A DNA stretch of 30,061 bases from positions 1 to 30,061 of the IMG/VR virus record IMGVR_UViG_2675903378_000003. One strand, written 5' to 3'. Below are positions 17,445 through 24,997 of the stretch, one piece after another; position 1 is the stretch's first letter; each line of letters starts with the position of its first letter. Source of the stretch: a virus. The notes under the pieces were generated by a model, which saw only the letters and a program-made list of their open reading frames with translations, ran no database searches and had not been told where the DNA came from. The translations under genes were made by a program, and so were the position numbers.

Positions 17445-17647
17445 GCGTGCATCCGCACGGTGATGTAGCCGTTGCTGGCAACAACGTGGTCCCATCGGTT
17501 GAACCAGATGAGGTCGCCGAACTTCTTCATGGCGGCCTGGCGTACCTTGATCAGCACGTCATCCGGTGTCTCGTTGCCTTCCGGAAGGGCAATCCAGTCC
17601 AGGCGCTTGCCGTTGCTCAGGTGCGCATCGACATTGAATTGAGCCAT
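17441..17647 (-). CDS. Small hypothetical phage protein
   Basis: MAQFNVDAHLSNGKRLDWIALPEGNETPDDVLIKVRQAAMKKFGDLIWFNRWDHVVASNGYITVRMHA. Confidence 0.6.
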   Translation of the reverse strand: MAQFNVDAHLSNGKRLDWIALPEGNETPDDVLIKVRQAAMKKFGDLIWFNRWDHVVASNGYITVRMHA

Positions 17648-17657
17648 TTCAGTCTCC

Positions 17658-17864
17658 TTACCAGGGTTTCCCAGCGTTGATGTATGCGTTTCCTGCGAGT
17701 TGCGTGAGCGCAACTAGCTCCATCGAATCGATCTCACCGCCGTAGTACAGGCCGCGCAGCATTCCAACCGTTTCGTGGTACTCAATGCGCGCCTCGCGAT
17801 CGTCTTCCGCCTTGCGGAGGACCCGAAGTGCCTGGCGTACAGCACGTGAGGATTTTTCATTCAT
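17658..17864 (-). CDS. Small hypothetical phage protein
   Basis: MNEKSSRAVRQALRVLRKAEDDREARIEYHETVGMLRGLYYGGEID... Confidence 0.6.
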   Translation of the reverse strand: MNEKSSRAVRQALRVLRKAEDDREARIEYHETVGMLRGLYYGGEIDSMELVALTQLAGNAYINAGKPW

Positions 17865-17977
17865 TTTCTGCTCCTCCAGGGCGTGTTGACTTCTTCGATG
17901 CGCCTGTCTCCAAGCGCATCTGAGAAATCGTGTTGGTTCTTTCTCACAGGCCGCGGAATCTCCCCGCCTGCACTCAT
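17861..17977 (-). CDS. Small hypothetical phage protein, first gene after the putative PL
   Basis: MSAGGEIPRPVRKNQHDFSDALGDRRIEEVNTPWRSRK; ATGA-coupled. Confidence 0.45.
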   Translation of the reverse strand: MSAGGEIPRPVRKNQHDFSDALGDRRIEEVNTPWRSRK

Positions 17978-18153
17978 GTTTATTCCAGGTCTACCTTTCG
18001 GCGCTGGTCCGGATCTAAGCTGCTCCGGTCGGGTCGAGGCACGATGCGTTGACGCTGCGTCGTTTTTACCCGTGGTCACCTTTGTCCCGGTGACTCGCTA
18101 AGGGACGCCCTTTCCAGGGCCTGGCGCTGCGGTGTTCTGCGGCGTTGAGGTGA

Positions 18154-18182
18154 AATTTAGAAAACTAAACGATTAAGGTCAA
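18154..18182 (-). promoter_or_regulatory. Putative early left promoter PL
   Basis: On - strand: TTGACC (18182-18177), 17-nt spacer, TAAATT (18159-18154); -10 overlaps an operator-like palindrome. Confidence 0.7.
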
Positions 18183-18204
18183 GGGATTTTTTTAGAAATC
18201 TAAA
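18156..18204. promoter_or_regulatory. Putative OL operators (two TTTAG-N4-CTAAA palindromes)
   Basis: TTTAGAAAACTAAA 18156-18169; TTTAGAAATCTAAA 18191-18204. Confidence 0.75.
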
Positions 18205-18223
18205 CTTTTGGGTTGGGCGGGCA

Positions 18224-18248
18224 CAAAAAAAGCCCGCGCTAGGCGGGC
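18224..18248 (-). terminator. Intrinsic terminator after the lipoprotein gene
   Basis: On - strand: GCCCGC-CTAGC-GCGGGC-TTTTTTT. Confidence 0.85.
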
Positions 18249-18270
18249 TCTGTCCCTCTGGTTAGGGGTG

Positions 18271-18759
18271 TTACCGTGTGAGCATCTCGCGAAGCTTCAC
18301 ACCATCAGCGATGCTCACGACCTTGGCCACTACGCCTCCTTGGGGGAGGAGTCCGTACTTCGATGGCGCTTGCCAAGTGACGGTTGAACTGAGGAAGTAG
18401 TCGCCTGGCGGGATGTCCGTGAATGTGAAGTTTCCGTTCCCATCCGCCACCGTAGTGATGGACCCCTGTCCTGATCGAGGATCTGGCGCCTCAAGCGCTT
18501 GTCCTCCTATATAGTTCACTTCGTACCACTGTTTCGAATAGGACGTAACGGGGACTAGGTAAACTGTGCTCCCTGCACCGAATTTCACATCTCCACCAAC
18601 GGTCTTCATAAAGACCTGGCCAGTCAATGTGCCAGTCCCTTTTGTCGGAAGAGCGGCAAATTCAGCAGCAGGGAATGGAATTCTCGGGACCGGCGTTTGT
18701 TGAGATACGGCACAACCTGACAGCATGATAATTATTGCTGCTATGGCGATTAAACGCAT
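18271..18759 (-). CDS. Lipoprotein, candidate lysogenic-conversion (moron) gene downstream of cI
   Basis: MRLIAIAAIIIMLSGCAVSQQ lipobox (LSGC); later GNGNFTFTDIPPGDYFL resembles a carboxypeptidase-regulatory-like beta domain. Confidence 0.8.
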   Translation of the reverse strand: MRLIAIAAIIIMLSGCAVSQQTPVPRIPFPAAEFAALPTKGTGTLTGQVFMKTVGGDVKFGAGSTVYLVPVTSYSKQWYEVNYIGGQALEAPDPRSGQGSITTVADGNGNFTFTDIPPGDYFLSSTVTWQAPSKYGLLPQGGVVAKVVSIADGVKLREMLTR

Positions 18760-18806
18760 GAAACCTCCTTGATTATCAAAAAGCCCGAGTGCCGGTCGGC
18801 ACCTGA

Positions 18807-19472
18807 CTACATCGCGCCGCCACGCCAAACGATACGACCGATAATGTCTACGCCGCGCATACCATCATCAGTGACAGGCTGGTCTGGGTATCGATTTTTG
18901 TCCTGGTTATCCGACCGAATTAGCCATCCTCCCGATATCTCACGGATAAGGCGCTTGAAGATCACCTCTTGGTCGGCATCATACAGGGCGAACATTTTCC
19001 CATTCGTCGGCTCCTTGCAGGAAACATCTATCAGGACGACCTCTCCGTCGGAGAGGGTTGGCCAGTTGCTATCTCCCTGGTTGTAGGCTGCGCGAAGATT
19101 TTCAGCCCTTAGCCCCATCCGTCGAAGCCAGTCGCGCTTAAATGCCAACCCGCCCTTGACCTCAACATGATCGTTTAGGTAGCCATTTCCTGACGAACCC
19201 TTAGCAGTGAGCTGGGGAATAAGCGCGTAGTCGGCCTCTGAAGGAGACCCTTCATGTGAGGGCAGATCCTTTTCTCCCTTCCCAGTTTCCAGCCATGAGG
19301 CGCTGCATTGAAGCACCTTGGCCAAGGCAATCAGGTTCTTCCCTCTGGCCTTGTTGGTGCCATTGGTCCAGTGGGAGAGGGTCCCCTTGGAGACCTTGAT
19401 CTCTCTGGAGATGTCCGAGGCGCTGATGCCTAAGGCATCCATGCGCTGATTGAGTCTGTCTGAAAAGTCCAT
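18807..19472 (-). CDS. cI: CI-like repressor (HTH + S24 peptidase-like domain)
   Basis: ISREIKVSKGTLSHWTNGTNKARGKNLIALAKVL HTH; GDSNWPTLSDGEVVLID and KRLIREISGGWLIRSDN...GRIVWRGG S24-like C-terminus. Confidence 0.92.
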   Translation of the reverse strand: MDFSDRLNQRMDALGISASDISREIKVSKGTLSHWTNGTNKARGKNLIALAKVLQCSASWLETGKGEKDLPSHEGSPSEADYALIPQLTAKGSSGNGYLNDHVEVKGGLAFKRDWLRRMGLRAENLRAAYNQGDSNWPTLSDGEVVLIDVSCKEPTNGKMFALYDADQEVIFKRLIREISGGWLIRSDNQDKNRYPDQPVTDDGMRGVDIIGRIVWRGGAM

Positions 19473-19473
19473 G

Positions 19474-19534
19474 TTTAGGATTCTAAATCCTTGTTGGTTT
19501 AGATAACTTGCACACGGCTGTTTATTTTTCTAAA
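19474..19534. promoter_or_regulatory. Putative OR region with three operator-like sites
   Basis: TTTAGGATTCTAAA 19474-19487; TTTAGATAACTTGC 19498-19511 (half-degenerate); TTTATTTTTCTAAA 19521-19534; spacing 24 and 23 bp. Confidence 0.72.
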
Positions 19535-19536
19535 CT
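19508..19536 (+). promoter_or_regulatory. Putative early right promoter PR
   Basis: TTGCAC (19508-19513), 17-nt spacer, TAAACT (19531-19536); overlaps operator-like sites. Confidence 0.68.
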
Positions 19537-19561
19537 CCAGCAAAACCATGGAGGCAGCCGT

Positions 19562-19759
19562 ATGAATTACGAACAGGCGCTCACCCACTTCGGAACAGGG
19601 CGAGCGATTGCAAAGGCCCTAGGCGTAAGCCCTGGGCGAATTTCTCAGTGCAAATCGGAAGGTGGGTTTTCCTATCAGCATCAGTGCGTCCTGGAGAAGG
19701 CATCCTCTGGCGCGCTTCAGGCCCGTGAAGAAGACGAGCCTCAGCGGATGGCGTCTTGA
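19562..19759 (+). CDS. cro: Cro-like repressor
   Basis: MNYEQALTHFGTGRAIAKALGVSPGRISQCKSEGGFSYQHQCVLEKASSGAL; divergent from cI. Confidence 0.85.
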   Translation: MNYEQALTHFGTGRAIAKALGVSPGRISQCKSEGGFSYQHQCVLEKASSGALQAREEDEPQRMAS

Positions 19760-19761
19760 CC

Positions 19762-20073
19762 ATGACAGCCAGCCAATTAAACGCCGAGCGTGATGCAAGG
19801 GCACGGGAGTTCGAATCCCTGATCCTCAACCGACTTTTGTCGGTGGGTCAGAAGACCGTCGCTGACGCAATCGGCGTGAGCGAATCGACTGTGAGCCGCT
19901 GGAAAGAGGGCGAGATAGAGCGGTGGTGCAAGGTGCTTGCGCTGCTGGAGCTACAGGTCGTCCCGATGTCGGCTCAGTGCCATCCATCCGAGTACATCCA
20001 GGCGCTCAAGACCCTGGCCGAGCTTGGCTTGCAGGCCGAGAAGAAGCGGCCTGGACCGTTGGGGTGGGATTGA
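19762..20073 (+). CDS. cII: CII-like transcriptional activator
   Basis: REFESLILNRLLSVGQKTVADAIGVSESTVSRWKEGEIERWCKVLALLELQVV resembles lambda CII; correct position. Confidence 0.8.
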   Translation: MTASQLNAERDARAREFESLILNRLLSVGQKTVADAIGVSESTVSRWKEGEIERWCKVLALLELQVVPMSAQCHPSEYIQALKTLAELGLQAEKKRPGPLGWD

Positions 20074-20285
20074 TGCGAAAACACCTCACGAATACCGATT
20101 ACGCCGCAATGGCTAACGCTGCTGAAGAGCTGGCGGGTATGGGGTCGAGTGAGTGGAGGCGCAGATACAACAAAGCCCTGAGCGACTACTACAGGGCTTT
20201 GTCGGTGCGTGGATCGGTGGCAGCCGAATCACGCTTGGGGAAACAACATCAGGTGACAGGTGAATTATGCAACCTCGAACGCTGA
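20073..20285 (+). CDS. Small hypothetical phage protein
   Basis: MRKHLTNTDYAAMANAAEELAGMGSSEWRRRYNKALSDYYRALSVRG...; ATG overlaps upstream TGA. Confidence 0.6.
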   Translation: MRKHLTNTDYAAMANAAEELAGMGSSEWRRRYNKALSDYYRALSVRGSVAAESRLGKQHQVTGELCNLER

Positions 20286-20452
20286 CTTACAACGCCTTGG
20301 AGCTTCGTCCGGCGAAGAACTCCATTGCCATCTGCCAAGGTGATCAGGTCGTGACCATCACTCTGGATCAACTCCACCAGTTCACAAGCGATCTCTGCAT
20401 TCTCGCCGCCTCCATGCGCGAAGACATGCGCAATCCGCTGGAGGACGAATAA
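20267..20452 (+). CDS. Small hypothetical phage protein
   Basis: 61 aa, overlapping both neighbours. Confidence 0.55.
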   Translation: MQPRTLTYNALELRPAKNSIAICQGDQVVTITLDQLHQFTSDLCILAASMREDMRNPLEDE

Positions 20453-20874
20453 TGAGCGGATACGGTTTTGTTTATGTTCTGACCAGTCCTGCCATGCCTG
20501 GGTTGTATAAGGTTGGTGCGACTACTAGATCTCCGCGTCAGCGTGCTGAAGAACTATCACGCGGGACTGGTGTTCCGCATGAGTTCGAAGTGGCTTTCTA
20601 TGCTGAAGTTCAGGAGCCGTTCCTTTGGGAGCGCCGTGTCCATGCATTGCTCTCAGACAAGCGACTTTCCAGTTCCCGTGAATTCTTCTACGGCCCCCTG
20701 ATCGACATCATTAACACCATCGAGGGCGATGGCGAATGCCTGTCTTACTGGGATAGCGATCAAGCCACTGAGGCCCGTAACCCTGGGATGGTGTGGCCCG
20801 GAAAGCCGCTTTGGTTCGAGCAGAATCTGCATAGCGCCGGTTACCTGGAGCGCCTGCGGAGGAACGCACAATGA
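20452..20874 (+). CDS. T5orf172/GIY-YIG-like domain protein
   Basis: GFVYVLTSPAMPGLYKVGATTRSPRQRAEELSRGTGVPHEFEVAFYAEVQEPFLWERRVHALLSDKRLSSSREFFYG. Confidence 0.8.
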   Translation: MSGYGFVYVLTSPAMPGLYKVGATTRSPRQRAEELSRGTGVPHEFEVAFYAEVQEPFLWERRVHALLSDKRLSSSREFFYGPLIDIINTIEGDGECLSYWDSDQATEARNPGMVWPGKPLWFEQNLHSAGYLERLRRNAQ

Positions 20875-21719
20875 GCTTCCAAGCTATGGCGTGGGCTACT
20901 GAGCAGAAGCTCCCAACACGAGAGAAGTTCGTGTTGATCATGCTCGCCAACTATGCCGGGAATGAGCAGTGGGATTGCCACCCGAGCATAAATACCTTGG
21001 CCGATGACACCGGCATGAGTCGCGACACGGTTATTAGGGCGATAAAGGCCCTGGAAGATGCCTCTCTGGTGAAGATCGTTCGCCGCAATGTTGACGGTAT
21101 CAACCTCCCAAATATCTACCGTCTCGTTCGTGCAGGGGGTAGTAGCACTGTGCAGGGGGTAGTAGCTGTATGCGACCAGGGTAGTAGCACTGTGCAGGGA
21201 GGGGTAGTAGCTGTATGCGACTCTAACCAGTCATTAGAACCTATCATTGAACCAGTAGAGCTGCGCGCATCCGCGCCGAAAAAAGATTCCGGGTTGATCG
21301 GGCTGGATGAAATCAAATCCGAGTTTCCCGACCTGCCGGAACAGCTTGTCCGGGATTTTCTCCGCGTCCGAAGGGCGAAGAAGGCTCCGCTGACCGAAAC
21401 CTCATGGCGGCGGATCGCGAAAGTTCTTTCCGAAGCTTCCGAGAAGGGCTGCACTCCGAGTGACGCTCTCGGGTTGGCAGTTGAGCGTGGCTGGCAGGGT
21501 CTTTCGCTGCAATGGCTTTCCAATGCCGGCTTGCTGACCTCGAACGTTAAATCGATCCGCAAAGGGCTCGGCCCGGACGGCAAGTTGCTGCCGGGTTACT
21601 TCTGGCACGACGCCGATATCGACCTTCCGGTTGAGAAGCGCCGCATCCTGAGCGATGAAACCCACGACCGCGCCTCCGGGTATCGCTGGGACTACCTGCG
21701 CTCCAGGGGGCTGGCATGA
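20871..21719 (+). CDS. Replication initiator-like protein (lambda O position, N-terminal winged HTH)
   Basis: WDCHPSINTLADDTGMSRDTVIRAIKALEDASLVKIVRR; located immediately upstream of the helicase gene. Confidence 0.82.
   Translation: MSFQAMAWATEQKLPTREKFVLIMLANYAGNEQWDCHPSINTLADDTGMSRDTVIRAIKALEDASLVKIVRRNVDGINLPNIYRLVRAGGSSTVQGVVAVCDQGSSTVQGGVVAVCDSNQSLEPIIEPVELRASAPKKDSGLIGLDEIKSEFPDLPEQLVRDFLRVRRAKKAPLTETSWRRIAKVLSEASEKGCTPSDALGLAVERGWQGLSLQWLSNAGLLTSNVKSIRKGLGPDGKLLPGYFWHDADIDLPVEKRRILSDETHDRASGYRWDYLRSRGLA
21139..21221 (+). repeat. 42-bp imperfect tandem repeat with four GTAGTAGC copies (candidate origin iterons)
   Basis: GTAGTAGC at 21139, 21159, 21181, 21204; unit GTAGTAGCACTGTGCAGGG..GTAGTAGCTGTATGCGAC twice. 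Confidence 0.75.
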
Positions 21720-23545
21720 CTCCCTCGCAGATCGCCCAGCGCCTCGCAGATCGCGTGATTGACGTTGCTCACCACCTGCTGCCCGGTGGCAAGCGTGAGG
21801 GCTCGGAGTGGCGCGTAGGCAGCGTGAACGGCGAGAAGGGCCAGAGCCTGGGGGTTCACCTCAAGGGCGATAAGGCTGGTGTCTGGTGCGATTTCTCGAC
21901 CGGTGAAACCGGCGACTTGCTGGACCTGTGGCGTGCAGTTCGCAGTTGTGACATGGGCACTGCACTCACCGAGGCGAAATCCTACCTGGGGATCACCGAG
22001 CCCAAGCTCGAAGCGCCGTCGAGGAAGGCCTACGTCCGCCCTGATCGCCCGAAGTGCAAGGCGCCTGGCGATGAGTCTCCGGTCATGGCTTACCTCGCTG
22101 GCCGTGGGCTAAAGCCGGAAACTATCGCGGCGTTCAAGATCGGCGAGAAGGGCCGCGACATCGTGTTTCCGTTTCTGCGCGACGGCACCCTGATCCACTG
22201 GAAAACGCTGTGCATCGACCGCGAGAACGGCAAGAAGAAAATCTTTGCCTCGAAGGATTCGGAGCCGTGCCTCTTCGGCTGGCAGGCGATTCCGGAAGGC
22301 GCCCGAGAGGTGACCATCACCGAAGGCGAGATCGATGCCATGACCGCCTGGCAGTACGGTCGTCCGGCGTTGTCGGTGCCATTTGGGGGCGGCAAGGGCG
22401 AGAAGCAGGCGTGGATCGAGCACGAATACTCGCGGCTCTCCCGGTTCGACGTGATCTACCTCGCCATGGACAACGACGAGGCTGGGAAGCAGGCGACCGA
22501 GGAACTGATCAAGCGTCTGGGGCGTGAGCGCTGTCGCATCCTGGACCTGGGCTGCAAGGACTTCAACGAAGCCCTGGACGCCCTGTTCTACACACGAGAC
22601 GACATTGACGACTGCTACGCCAAGGCCAAGACCCTTGATCCGGAGAAGCTGGTAGGAGCCGAAACCTTCGCCGATGACGTTTGTGCTGAGTTCTTTGAGC
22701 GCAACCCGGTGGTAATGGGGATGGCGACCCCGTGGGAGAAGTCTCACGACACCATTCGGTTCCGCGACAGCGAGGTCACTATCTGGACCGGCTGGAGTGG
22801 TCACGGGAAATCCCAGCTCCTGAACTACCTCGCCTTCCACGGCATGCGCCAGGGCGAAAAGTTCTGTATCGCCTCAATGGAGATGCCGGCCAAGCGCACC
22901 CTGCAACGCATGGTTCGCCAGGCGGCGGGACTGAACCTTCCGTCTCGCGGATACATCCACGCGATCCTGGAGTTTCTAGGAGGTCGGCTGTGGATCTACA
23001 ACCAGATGGGTTCCGCCAATACCGCCGAGATGATCGACACCTTCCGCTATGCCGCACGGCGGTACGGGGTGAAACAGTTCGTCGTTGACAGCTTGGCGAA
23101 GCTTGGCATGGCTGAGGATGACTACAACGGCCAGAAACAGGCCATGGAAGCCATCGTTGGCTTTGCCCACGAAATGGGCGTCCACGTCCATTTGGTCGCC
23201 CACCCGAGAAAGGCTGACGACGAAACAAAGCTTCCAGGAAAGCTCGACGTTCGTGGTGGCGCAATCCTTACCGACCTGGCCGACAACGTGATCACCGTTT
23301 GGCGCAACAAGAAGAAAGAAGTCGCCATGAAGGACGGTAGCGAAGAGGACCGCGCGTACTACGCATCCCATTCCGACGTGAAGATGGTCATCACCAAGCA
23401 GCGCCTGACGGGCGTCGAGGAAACCATCCCGCTCTGGTTTGACCCCGCGTCCGCTCAGTACATGGAGCGCGAAGGCCACAAGCCGCGCCAGTGGATTGAG
23501 TACTCCGGAATCCCACAACAACAAGCCGATCAGGAGGCCGCATGA
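21716..23545 (+). CDS. TOPRIM primase / DnaB-like helicase (T7 gp4/Twinkle-like)
   Basis: EVTITEGEIDAMTAWQYG (TOPRIM); TIWTGWSGHGKSQLLNYLAFH (Walker A); KQFVVDSLAKLG; VHVHLVAHPRK...GGAILTDLADNVITVWRN. Confidence 0.93.
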   Translation: MTPSQIAQRLADRVIDVAHHLLPGGKREGSEWRVGSVNGEKGQSLGVHLKGDKAGVWCDFSTGETGDLLDLWRAVRSCDMGTALTEAKSYLGITEPKLEAPSRKAYVRPDRPKCKAPGDESPVMAYLAGRGLKPETIAAFKIGEKGRDIVFPFLRDGTLIHWKTLCIDRENGKKKIFASKDSEPCLFGWQAIPEGAREVTITEGEIDAMTAWQYGRPALSVPFGGGKGEKQAWIEHEYSRLSRFDVIYLAMDNDEAGKQATEELIKRLGRERCRILDLGCKDFNEALDALFYTRDDIDDCYAKAKTLDPEKLVGAETFADDVCAEFFERNPVVMGMATPWEKSHDTIRFRDSEVTIWTGWSGHGKSQLLNYLAFHGMRQGEKFCIASMEMPAKRTLQRMVRQAAGLNLPSRGYIHAILEFLGGRLWIYNQMGSANTAEMIDTFRYAARRYGVKQFVVDSLAKLGMAEDDYNGQKQAMEAIVGFAHEMGVHVHLVAHPRKADDETKLPGKLDVRGGAILTDLADNVITVWRNKKKEVAMKDGSEEDRAYYASHSDVKMVITKQRLTGVEETIPLWFDPASAQYMEREGHKPRQWIEYSGIPQQQADQEAA

Positions 23546-23664
23546 AGCGCTGCTGGAAGGTAGTTCTGCCGGGCCGCCCGGCGTTCACGATGATTCTGAT
23601 GGAGGACTGCGACCCGGTAGAGGTCGTGAAGAGCATTTGGCCTGAAGGGAGGATCGAGCAGTGA
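23542..23664 (+). CDS. Small hypothetical protein (40 aa)
   Basis: Manually translated: MKRCWKVVLPGRPAFTMILMEDCDPVEVVKSIWPEGRIEQ*; overlaps both neighbours; AGGAGG upstream. Confidence 0.65.
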   Translation: MKRCWKVVLPGRPAFTMILMEDCDPVEVVKSIWPEGRIEQ

Positions 23665-24170
23665 CGCCCGCAAAACAGGAGTCTCTCATGCAGGGACAGA
23701 CCGGCATCGCGAAGAAGGTCTACGAGTGCGTACCGATCTCTGAGTCCTGGCGTTCGTTCCAAGTGCTCACTGCGCTCCGCAACATGACCGGAAGCACGCC
23801 GGACGTTCGGATTGTCCAGGGCTGTCTGCGCGATCTGGTCGATTCCGGACTGATCCGCCGCACTGGTACTGACCACTACCAACGAATCCAAGTCGAGAAA
23901 AAGACCAAGCCTCAGGAGCCGAAGATGGGCGAGCCCGCGAAGAAGATCGAAACCCAGTCCGAGCCGAAGCGCTCCGCCTCCCCGCTGGAGATGTTGGGCG
24001 AACTGGCAAACGAGCTCGCCGGCATGGCCGAACACATGAAGCGCCTGTCTGATCGCATCGAGGACGTCGCGCTGGCAGTTGAGCAGGAACGCGAATCGAA
24101 CGCCAAGTCGATGGAAAGCTATCGCCAGCTCAAGGCACTACTGAAGAGCCTGCAAGGGGAGGGTGAGTGA
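23661..24170 (+). CDS. Hypothetical phage protein, GTG start
   Basis: 169 aa; HTH-like N-terminus and coiled coil; GTGA overlap. Confidence 0.65.
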   Translation: MTPAKQESLMQGQTGIAKKVYECVPISESWRSFQVLTALRNMTGSTPDVRIVQGCLRDLVDSGLIRRTGTDHYQRIQVEKKTKPQEPKMGEPAKKIETQSEPKRSASPLEMLGELANELAGMAEHMKRLSDRIEDVALAVEQERESNAKSMESYRQLKALLKSLQGEGE

Positions 24171-24171
24171 C

Positions 24172-24375
24172 ATGGATATCGTAGACATCGCCAACGACTA
24201 CGCCGAGCGTGAACTCGCTGAACGCCTGTACTCCCGAGTCAAGTACGTCGGCGAGAGCCTGTCCGAATGTGAAGACTGCGGCGAGGAGATTCCTGTGGCG
24301 CGGCGCTCGATCGTTCCTGGGGTTCGGAAGTGCCTTTCTTGCCAGGAATACTTGGAGGCAATCAATGGACGCTGA
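24172..24375 (+). CDS. TraR/DksA-type zinc-finger protein
   Basis: CEDCGEEIPVARRSIVPGVRKCLSCQ. Confidence 0.85.
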   Translation: MDIVDIANDYAERELAERLYSRVKYVGESLSECEDCGEEIPVARRSIVPGVRKCLSCQEYLEAINGR

Positions 24376-24997
24376 AAGCATCATCGGGCTTCGGGTGGGC
24401 AAGGTGGTTGTTGAAGCATTCTCCCACTGCGCCGGCAAGGCTTCCCATTGGGTTTGCCGTTGCGACTGCGGTAACCGAGTCATTATGCGCCGAGGAAATC
24501 TGATGAGAAACCGAACTACGACCAGTTGCGGTTGCTCTCGGTTTTCTCACGGGATGACCGGAACTCCAACGTACAGCTCATGGAGCAACATGATTGATCG
24601 CTGTACGAATCCCTCTAACAAGCGATATGTCGACTACCAAGGCAGAGGAATCACTGTTTGTGAAAGGTGGATGACGTTCGCCAACTTCCTGGCTGATATG
24701 GGCGAAAGGCCAGACGCCACCTCCCTTGATCGAATTGACAACGACGCAGGTTACTTCAAGGAAAACTGCCGCTGGGCAACTGCCTTAGAACAGATGAATA
24801 ACACTAGAAGAAACACCTTCGTTGAGTATCTAGGTAGGCGGCAAACAGTTTCTCAGTGGGCAGGCCAGCTTGGTATTCCCGAATGCACTCTGCGCAGCCG
24901 GCTAAATCGTGGTTGGTCGATTGAAGATGCAATGCAGAAGCCTATCAGCAAGCAGCGCCGGGAGTGCAAGCAGAAGAAGGGAAAGCGCCGTGGCTGA
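24365..24997 (+). CDS. Phage HNH/AP2-associated endonuclease-like protein
   Basis: GMTGTPTYSSWSNMIDRCTNPSNKRYVDYQGRGITVCERWMTFANFLADMGERPDATSLDRIDNDAGYFKENCRWAT. Confidence 0.75.
   Translation: MDAESIIGLRVGKVVVEAFSHCAGKASHWVCRCDCGNRVIMRRGNLMRNRTTTSCGCSRFSHGMTGTPTYSSWSNMIDRCTNPSNKRYVDYQGRGITVCERWMTFANFLADMGERPDATSLDRIDNDAGYFKENCRWATALEQMNNTRRNTFVEYLGRRQTVSQWAGQLGIPECTLRSRLNRGWSIEDAMQKPISKQRRECKQKKGKRRG

Noticed and set aside
19923-20072. N-terminal extension of the 20073-20285 ORF
   Set aside because: Overlaps the CII-like gene in another frame; ATG 20073 coupled to the CII stop is more plausible.
21133-21230. Repeat as a sequencing/assembly duplication
   Set aside because: The two 42-bp units differ by an in-frame 3-bp insertion and sit in the expected lambda-ori position, so a biological repeat is more likely.
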